From positions 1,568,001-1,632,000 of the forward strand of contig OZ219926.1 in NCBI GenBank assembly GCA_964291405.2: DNA of 64,000 nt, written 5' to 3'. The position numbers and the translations under genes are program-made. Numbering within the stretch: position 1 is the first letter of the stretch; each line of letters starts with the position of its first letter. The notes below the pieces were generated by a model that saw nothing but the letters and a program-made list of their open reading frames with translations, did no database searches and had not been told where the DNA came from. Positions 57,219-64,000 of this stretch are shown piece by piece. Source of the stretch: Thermodesulfobacteriota bacterium. Its GTDB lineage: Bacteria > Desulfobacterota > Binatia > Bin18.

Positions 57219-60146
57219 ATGGCAAACGGACTCGACAGAAGAAATTTTCTAAAACTGCTTGGGGCGAGTGCAGCCGCACCAGTCGTCGGTTGTGCCTCAA
57301 AGCCGGTGGAAACCATTATTCCCTATGTGGTTCAGCCCGAGGAGATCACGCCAGGGGTGGCCACATACTACGCTACCGTCTGCCAGGAATGCCCGGCCGG
57401 CTGTGGCATGGTCGTGCGGACCAGAGAGGGGCGGGCCGTCAAAGTCGAAGGCAATCCCTCCCACCCGGTCAATCAGGGGACGTTGTGCGCACGCGGACAG
57501 GCGTCCTTGCAGGGACTGTACAATCCGGATCGTATCCGCCAGCCGCTGTATCGTAATGAAGCCGGAGAACTCACCCCTCTATCGTGGTCGGAGGCGGAGG
57601 CCCTGCTGGCCGGACGCCTGCAAAAAATCCGGGCGGAGGGCCAGGCGGACAAGATTACGTTTCTCGCCGGCCAGCTCCCGGACAGTGTGTATCGGTTGGC
57701 CACGCAGTGGCTTGAGACCCTGGGCTCAAATCGCCTGGTGACCTATGAACCGTTTGGTTTCGAGGCGTTGAGACAGGCGAATCGAGTCTGCTTTCAGCAG
57801 GCTTCGATTCCAACCCATGATCTGACCAAGGCCCGATTTCTCATTGGCCTGGGGGCTGATTTTCTGGAGACGTGGCGTTCCCCGACGTACTATGCCAGGG
57901 CATTTAGCCAGATGCGGAGTCCAACGGCGGCGGGGAAATTCGTCCAGGTCGAATCCCGCATGTCGCTCACCGGAGCGAATGCGGACGAATGGATTGCGAT
58001 CAAGCCGGGTCGGGAAGCCTTTTTCGCGCTGGGGCTGGCGCATCTGATTCTCCCGGACAGTGCAGTTCCTGCTGAAGAAAAGACGCGGCTCAGCCAACTG
58101 CTGGAGCCCTATTCGCCGGACCAGGTTGCTTCGGTGACGGAGGTGCCGGTCGAGACGATCAAACGACTGGCCCAGGGATTTGTCAGCCACGGGCCGAGCC
58201 TGGCCCTCGGAGGTGGTATAGCTACAAGTTCCCGGCAGGAGACGGCCAGCCTGATTGCGGTCAATCTGCTGAATTATATCGCAGGCAATATCGGCGAGAC
58301 CGTCCATTTTCATGAAGTCCAAGAGCGGCCGCAGGCCAGCTCGTATGCAGCGCTGTTATCCCTGATTGACGAGATACGGCGCGGCGCAGTACCTCTCCTC
58401 CTACTTGCTAACACCAATCCTGCCTTTAGCTTACCCCCATCTTTGGGTCTTGCTGAGGCGCTCACCCACGTACCTTTTGTAGTTAGCTTTTCGTCCTTCC
58501 CGGATGAAACAACCGAACAGGCAGACCTGATTTTACCCGATCATACGCCCCTGGAGAGCTGGGGAGACTCCCATCCCGAGGCTGGCGTGTATGGTCTGAT
58601 GCAGCCCGTCATGCCACCCGTGTTTGAGACCCAAGCGCTGGGCGAGACCTTATTGTCTGTCGCCACACAGGTTGACGAGGCGCTCTCGGAATCGTTGTCC
58701 TGGAAGAACTTTTTCGAGTATTTGCAGGCGTTGTGGAAAGAACGGCACGGCGAGAGTGGTGAGCCGGGCGACTTTGACGCCTTCTGGCGTCACGCCCTGC
58801 AACAAGGTGGGGTATGGCAGGCCAGAGAGCCGCTCCCGGTTCAGCTCTCCTCAGCTGTCTTTGAGGTAAGCTTTTCCGAGCCGACCTTTGACCGGGCAGG
58901 CGAAGACGCACTGACGTTCATTGCCTACCCCTCGTCACGCTATTACGACGGCCGCGGCGCCAACAAGCCCTGGCTGCAAGAGCTGCCCGACCCCATCACG
59001 CAGGCGGTCTGGGATTCCTGGCTTGAGATTCACCCCGAGACCGCCGAACGCCTGGGGATCGCGGAGGGCGACCTGCTGACGATCACCTCCCCACATGGGA
59101 CTATCGAGGCGAGCGCCTATTTCTACGCTGGGCTGCGGCGTGATGCGGTGGCTATGCCGATCGGCCTGGGCCATAGCGGTTATGGTCGTTACGCCCAGGG
59201 ACGCGGCTCCAACCCGGTCCAGTTGCTTTCGGCCCAACCCGAAACGGCCTCGGGCGGTTTCCCCTGGCTTTCGACCACAGTCCGACTCACTCGAACCGGC
59301 AAACGGACGCCGCTGGTCACAACGGACGGCAGTCGCCAGCAGCTCGACCGCGGTATCGCCCAAGCGGTGACGGCAGGACAGCACAACGAACCGCACCACG
59401 CCGAGCACCCCGTCCGCGATATGTACCCGGAGGTGGAGTACGCCGAGTACCGCTGGGGCATGAGTATCGATCTGTCGGCCTGCATCGGCTGTGGGGCCTG
59501 CGTTACGGCCTGCTATGCGGAAAATAATATCCCAGTGGTGGGCGAGGACATGGTGTCACAGGGCCGGGAAATGTCCTGGCTGCGGATTGAGCGCTATTTC
59601 GAGGAGTCACAGCCAGGAGCGGACGCTCCCGAAGTCCGCTTTGCTCCTATGCTGTGTCAGCACTGCGGCAACGCGCCCTGCGAGCCGGTCTGCCCGGTGT
59701 ATGCCACCTATCACAACCCGGAGGGACTCAACGCCCAGATCTATAACCGTTGTGTCGGCACTCGATATTGCGCCAACAACTGTTCCTATAAGGTGCGACG
59801 TTTTAACTGGGGCGAGGCGGACTGGCCGGCACCGCTCAACCTTCAACTCAACCCGGATGTCACCATACGTGAATCGGGCGTCATGGAGAAATGCACCTTT
59901 TGTGTCCAGCGCATTCAGGAGGGCAAAGACCGCGCCAAAGACGAAGACCGTCCGGTGCGCGACGGCGAGGTCACGCCAGCCTGTGCCCAGACCTGCCCGA
60001 CACAGGCCCTGACGTTTGGCAATCTGCAAGACCCCACTAGCCGCGTTTCTCTGCAATCGCACGACCCCCGCGGGTATAAAGTCTTCGAGTCATTGAACAC
60101 CAGACCCGCGATTACCTATCTCAAAAAAGTCCGCCGCAATACGTAA
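57219..60146 (+). CDS. actB: Alternative complex III subunit B (molybdopterin-oxidoreductase-like plus Fe-S domain)
   Basis: Tat motif RRNFLK; C-terminal CIGCGACVTAC, CQHCGNAPCEPVC, CVGTRYC and KCTFC. Confidence 0.9.
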   Translation: MANGLDRRNFLKLLGASAAAPVVGCASKPVETIIPYVVQPEEITPGVATYYATVCQECPAGCGMVVRTREGRAVKVEGNPSHPVNQGTLCARGQASLQGLYNPDRIRQPLYRNEAGELTPLSWSEAEALLAGRLQKIRAEGQADKITFLAGQLPDSVYRLATQWLETLGSNRLVTYEPFGFEALRQANRVCFQQASIPTHDLTKARFLIGLGADFLETWRSPTYYARAFSQMRSPTAAGKFVQVESRMSLTGANADEWIAIKPGREAFFALGLAHLILPDSAVPAEEKTRLSQLLEPYSPDQVASVTEVPVETIKRLAQGFVSHGPSLALGGGIATSSRQETASLIAVNLLNYIAGNIGETVHFHEVQERPQASSYAALLSLIDEIRRGAVPLLLLANTNPAFSLPPSLGLAEALTHVPFVVSFSSFPDETTEQADLILPDHTPLESWGDSHPEAGVYGLMQPVMPPVFETQALGETLLSVATQVDEALSESLSWKNFFEYLQALWKERHGESGEPGDFDAFWRHALQQGGVWQAREPLPVQLSSAVFEVSFSEPTFDRAGEDALTFIAYPSSRYYDGRGANKPWLQELPDPITQAVWDSWLEIHPETAERLGIAEGDLLTITSPHGTIEASAYFYAGLRRDAVAMPIGLGHSGYGRYAQGRGSNPVQLLSAQPETASGGFPWLSTTVRLTRTGKRTPLVTTDGSRQQLDRGIAQAVTAGQHNEPHHAEHPVRDMYPEVEYAEYRWGMSIDLSACIGCGACVTACYAENNIPVVGEDMVSQGREMSWLRIERYFEESQPGADAPEVRFAPMLCQHCGNAPCEPVCPVYATYHNPEGLNAQIYNRCVGTRYCANNCSYKVRRFNWGEADWPAPLNLQLNPDVTIRESGVMEKCTFCVQRIQEGKDRAKDEDRPVRDGEVTPACAQTCPTQALTFGNLQDPTSRVSLQSHDPRGYKVFESLNTRPAITYLKKVRRNT

Positions 60147-60165
60147 CGACGCTGACTACAATTCC

Positions 60166-62055
60166 ATGCAGACCAGCCTCAGCTATCTTCAGGTCAATCG
60201 CGACCTGCTCAAAAATCTGCTCAGCTCGCCAACGCGTATCTGGTATGGCTTGCTCGGCTGTGACTTGGTGGTGTTGGCTTTTGGCCTGTACTGCTGGATC
60301 TATCAGATTCACTCAGGACTGGGCGTGACCGGTCTGGCTCACCCGGTCGGCTGGGGTGTGTATATCACCAACTTCGTCTTCTGGGTCGGTATTGCCCACT
60401 CGGGCACGCTGATTTCCGCGGTACTCTTTTTATTTCGGGCCCGCTGGCGTACGCCCATTGCCCGCAGCGCCGAGGCCATGACGATTTTTGCCGTGATGAC
60501 CGCCGGCCTGTTTCCCATTATCCATCTTGGACGGGCGTGGAATTTCTATTGGCTGCTGCCCTATCCCAATCAGCGTCAGCTCTGGGTCAATTTTCAGTCA
60601 CCCCTGGTCTGGGATGCGTTTGCGATCACTACTTATTTCACGGTGAGTTTTCTGTTCTGGTATACCGGTCTGATCCCCGACCTGGGGGCGGCGCGCGACC
60701 GCACCGCAGGGCTGCGCCGTAAACTCTACGCCCTCTTCTCGCTCGGCTGGCAGGGCACGGACCGGCAGTGGCATCACTATCTGAGCGCCTATGGATTTTT
60801 TGCAGCCCTGGCCACCCCGCTCGTGGTGTCCGTGCATAGCGTGGTGTCCTGGGATTTTGCCATGTCCATCGTGCCCGGCTGGCACAGCACCATCTTTGCC
60901 CCCTATTTTGTCGCCGGCGCCATCTTCTCCGGCCTGGCTATGGTCCTGACCCTGCTCATTCCGCTCCGCAGAATTTTCGGCCTCGAGGCCTATATCACCG
61001 ACTACCACTTCGACAATCTGGGCAAAATGATTATTCTCACCTCGCTGATTCTGAGCTATTCCTACGCCAGCGAATTCTTTATTGCCTGGTATAGCGCCAA
61101 TCCATACGAACGAAGCATCTTCTGGTATCGCGCGGTCGGCGACTATGCTCCGCTGTTCTGGCTGATGGTCGCCTGCAACTGCGTCGTCCCCATGCTGCTG
61201 TGGTGGAAGTCGATCCGCACCAGCACGCTGTGGCTATTCGGCATTGCCCTGCTGGTCAATGTCGGGATGTGGCTTGAGCGCTTTGTCATTATCGTGAGTT
61301 CATTATCGCACGAGTTCGATCCTTCGGCTTGGGGCCTGTACCAGCCTTCGTGGGTTGAAGTGGGTATGACGGTCGGCAGTTTTGCCTGGTTCTTTTTGTT
61401 CTTCCTGCTCTTCGTGAAATTCCTGCCGCTCGTGTCCTTGGCCGAAGTCAAGGAACACCTGCCGCCTGCGGATGCCGGTCCGTCGGCAGTCGAAACAGAC
61501 GAATCCGAACGTCCCCTTACGCCGTCCAACGAAACGGCTCGTGTCGGACGTGGAGCCGGCTTGGTTGGCGTTTTTACGAACCTGGAAAAGCTCGTCGCCG
61601 TGGTCCGCTCTCTGCGGCGAGACGGCTATAAAAACCTCAGCGTCGTCTCTCCGTTTCCGAGCCCTGCGCTGGAAGAAGCCCTCGGCACGCGCAAAAGTCC
61701 GGTTCGCTATTTTACGCTAATCGGCGGTCTGCTGGGCTGCGCCATCGGCTTTGCCTTACCCACCTACACGGCCTTGGACTGGCCGCTCCAAACCAGTGCC
61801 AAGCCCATTGTGGCTTTACCGGCCTTTGCCATTATCGCCTTTGAGCTGACCATTCTCTTTGGGGCGATTGCCACCCTGATTGGACTACTCGTCAACGCCC
61901 GGCTGCCAGCGCGTTCGGTTGCGATCACGCACGACCCACGTTTTTCAGAGGACCGCTTTGGCCTGCTCGTCCCGTGTACCGCCGAGCAGACCGGCACTGT
62001 CCGGCGACTGATTACGGCCGGCGGCGCAGAGGAGGTCTATGGCCAAGGTGGGTAG
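60166..62055 (+). CDS. actC: Alternative complex III ActC (NrfD) fused to an ActD-like domain
   Basis: FVFWVGIAHSGTLIS, SVHSVVSWDFA and ERFVII, then a linker and SPFP..., AFELTILF (ActD/DUF3341). Confidence 0.88.
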   Translation: MQTSLSYLQVNRDLLKNLLSSPTRIWYGLLGCDLVVLAFGLYCWIYQIHSGLGVTGLAHPVGWGVYITNFVFWVGIAHSGTLISAVLFLFRARWRTPIARSAEAMTIFAVMTAGLFPIIHLGRAWNFYWLLPYPNQRQLWVNFQSPLVWDAFAITTYFTVSFLFWYTGLIPDLGAARDRTAGLRRKLYALFSLGWQGTDRQWHHYLSAYGFFAALATPLVVSVHSVVSWDFAMSIVPGWHSTIFAPYFVAGAIFSGLAMVLTLLIPLRRIFGLEAYITDYHFDNLGKMIILTSLILSYSYASEFFIAWYSANPYERSIFWYRAVGDYAPLFWLMVACNCVVPMLLWWKSIRTSTLWLFGIALLVNVGMWLERFVIIVSSLSHEFDPSAWGLYQPSWVEVGMTVGSFAWFFLFFLLFVKFLPLVSLAEVKEHLPPADAGPSAVETDESERPLTPSNETARVGRGAGLVGVFTNLEKLVAVVRSLRRDGYKNLSVVSPFPSPALEEALGTRKSPVRYFTLIGGLLGCAIGFALPTYTALDWPLQTSAKPIVALPAFAIIAFELTILFGAIATLIGLLVNARLPARSVAITHDPRFSEDRFGLLVPCTAEQTGTVRRLITAGGAEEVYGQGG

Positions 62056-62611
62056 GCATTACGCCGGCACGGGCATCCGTAACCGGTCATGGAGTCTCGT
62101 CAGTCTCGCTCTGGGTCTGGGGTTCTTCTACGTGACCTTTGCCCATGCTCTGCCCTGGAATGACGATATGTATTGGCAGCCCGAACTCGAGGCTGGAACC
62201 GCCGCTCAACCGCCCGTGGCCAACAGCGTGCCAACAACGGGCATTGAGCCGCCTATGTCGTCGCGTATTACCGAGCGCATAAGGGCCGGCCTGCGCGTAC
62301 GGAATCCGGTTGAACCCACCCCCCAGTCCATCCAGAACGGAGAAGGATTATTTCGGATTTACTGCACGATGTGCCACGGCGAGCAGGGTAGAGGCGACGG
62401 CCAGATGGTTGGCAAGGTCGTTCCCTCTTCGGATCTTCATACAGAGAGAATCAGAAACCAAAAAGACGGGTATTTGTACGCCACCATCCGGAGTGGTGGA
62501 CTGGTGATGCCTGCCTATCAACACGCGCTTTCAACCGCAGAGCGGTGGGACCTTGTGAATTACGTCCGCCATCTCCAACAACAGGAAGCCCAGCGGGATC
62601 AGTCACAATGA
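62039..62611 (+). CDS. actE: Alternative complex III monoheme cytochrome c
   Basis: DMYWQP, CTMCH, MPAY and ERWDLVNYVR. Confidence 0.85.
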   Translation: MAKVGRHYAGTGIRNRSWSLVSLALGLGFFYVTFAHALPWNDDMYWQPELEAGTAAQPPVANSVPTTGIEPPMSSRITERIRAGLRVRNPVEPTPQSIQNGEGLFRIYCTMCHGEQGRGDGQMVGKVVPSSDLHTERIRNQKDGYLYATIRSGGLVMPAYQHALSTAERWDLVNYVRHLQQQEAQRDQSQ

Positions 62612-63795
62612 GTGCCGAGACCCTCACAGGAGTGTCCCAGAGCGTATCTCCAGAGACGCCCTCTCGCCCTTTTACCCTTAGCCTGTGGGCCCTGGCCGGG
62701 CTGGGTCTGATCACTTTTCTCATGGGTGTTACCGGGGAGAACGCCCAACGGGCGTGGCAGGCATATTTGGTCAACTGGCTTTTCTGGTCGGGACTGGCGC
62801 TCAGCGGACTGACGTTTTCAGCCCTTCTTCGGGTCACAAAAGCGGAATGGGCTGGACCGTTGCGGCAGCTCGCCGAGGCGCTGGCCGCTTTTCTGCCGAT
62901 CTCCTTTTTTCTTCTTCTTTTCCTCTTTCTGGGCAGTGAGCAACTCTTCTCGTGGATATCTGACCCGATAGCGGCCAAACAAGCCTGGTTAAATAAGCCC
63001 TTTTTGATGCTCCGTACTCTCTTTGGTTGCGTTCTCCTCTACGGCTGCGGGTTCGCCCTGCTGCGGGTTTCACTCCGAGCAAGTCGCACTCTCCCTCGTG
63101 TCCTGGTCCCGTTTGTTTCTCACGAGAACGTCGCGAATAGAGCCAAGCGGCAGCGGCAGCTCGCGATCCTCTCGTCTCTTTTTCTTGTGCTCTATGCGAT
63201 TGTCTTCAGCCTGTTTGCTTTTGATCTGGTGATGGCGCTTGAACCGCACTGGATCAGTACTTTATTCGGTGCCTATTTTTGTATCGGGAATCTGTATGCG
63301 GGGCTCAGCCTCCTCGCCATTCTCGCCGTGCCGAGACGCGCATCCACTCTTTTTTCTGCTGAACGCAGCCACGACCTTGGCAAGCTTATCTTTGGCTTTT
63401 GTGTCTTATGGACCTATCTGTTCTGGTGTCAATATTTACCGATCTGGTATGGCAATCTGCCGGAGGAGACCGGTTTTCTCGCCGTCCGCTTGTTTGACGA
63501 GCCGTGGACAACGATCAGTTTTTTTGTCTTGCTCCTCAATTTTCTCCTGCCTTTCCCCATCCTGCTGCTGCAATGGGTCAAGCGTGCCCCGGTCGCTTTG
63601 GCCTGTATCAGTGCCCTTATCCTGGTCGGCATGTGGCTTGAGCGCTATGTCCTGGTTGTCCCCTCCATCTGGCAGGAAGACTGGCTCCCGCTGGGCTGGA
63701 TAGAATTGGGGGTGCTGCTGGGTTTCTTTGCCCTGTTCACACTGGCCTTTCGAGCCTGGATGAGGATATTTCCCATACGGATTCCTGCAGCCTAA
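62608..63795 (+). CDS. actF: Alternative complex III membrane subunit F
   Basis: LEPHWISTLFG, HDLGKL and QYLPIWYGNLPEE. Confidence 0.9.
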   Translation: MSAETLTGVSQSVSPETPSRPFTLSLWALAGLGLITFLMGVTGENAQRAWQAYLVNWLFWSGLALSGLTFSALLRVTKAEWAGPLRQLAEALAAFLPISFFLLLFLFLGSEQLFSWISDPIAAKQAWLNKPFLMLRTLFGCVLLYGCGFALLRVSLRASRTLPRVLVPFVSHENVANRAKRQRQLAILSSLFLVLYAIVFSLFAFDLVMALEPHWISTLFGAYFCIGNLYAGLSLLAILAVPRRASTLFSAERSHDLGKLIFGFCVLWTYLFWCQYLPIWYGNLPEETGFLAVRLFDEPWTTISFFVLLLNFLLPFPILLLQWVKRAPVALACISALILVGMWLERYVLVVPSIWQEDWLPLGWIELGVLLGFFALFTLAFRAWMRIFPIRIPAA

Positions 63796-63889
63796 CCGTT
63801 CGGCCTGGGGCTACGGAAACAAGTCAGGGGCTCACAGGTGAGCCCTTCAGCAAGTTTTTGAGACAGAGTAAGGAGCTGAACTACCGACC

Positions 63890-64000
63890 ATGCGTATCCT
63901 TCAACACGCCAAATATCTGGGGTGTATTGGTCTGTTGCTGCTCCTGCTTATTGGCATTTTCGATATCTACGGCGTGCAGATGACCCAACTGTCCCGCGAT
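63890..64000 (+). CDS. N-terminus of a membrane or secreted protein, truncated by window edge
   Basis: AAGGAG RBS; MRILQHAKYLGCIGLLLLLLIGIF... Confidence 0.6.
   Translation, partial: MRILQHAKYLGCIGLLLLLLIGIFDIYGVQMTQLSRD

Noticed and set aside
1-64000. Genome-wide TAG recoding, tRNA, rRNA, CRISPR array, prophage or integrase
   Set aside because: Many conserved genes end at TAG at the expected position, and no such RNA genes, arrays or phage genes were recognisable by eye.

Overview
GC-rich, gene-dense bacterial chromosome segment. The gene content (F420-type luciferase-like enzymes, many crotonases, amidohydrolases, PQQ dehydrogenase, alternative complex III) suggests a Binatota/Deltaproteobacteria-like heterotroph; this is inference only. 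Main blocks: (1) 1-24.7 kb: catabolic and housekeeping genes (amidases, LLM oxidoreductases, a hydantoinase/oxoprolinase A-B'-B plus amidase operon, infA, upp, argE, pdxJ). (2) 24.7-28.7 kb: defence islet with vapBC and a SIR2-APAZ/short Argonaute (SPARSA-type) pair. (3) 28.8-41.8 kb: metabolic genes, including a crotonase interrupted by an in-frame TAG. (4) 41.9-46.9 kb: an amidohydrolase/crotonase/acyl-CoA ligase/crotonase operon bracketed by two tiny desulforedoxin-like genes missing from the ORF track, one with a C-terminal PLPSSD tail. This is my best candidate for an undescribed system. (5) 47.8-50.3 kb: AT-richer islet with hicBA, a HEPN-motif protein, an unknown helical protein coupled to a Zn-ribbon/TM microprotein, and an antitoxin remnant. 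(6) 51-64 kb: a probable lanthanide-dependent PQQ alcohol dehydrogenase module divergent from an alternative complex III operon with an ActC-ActD fusion. No rRNA, tRNA or CRISPR array was recognised. All family calls come from motifs read by eye; no searches were run.
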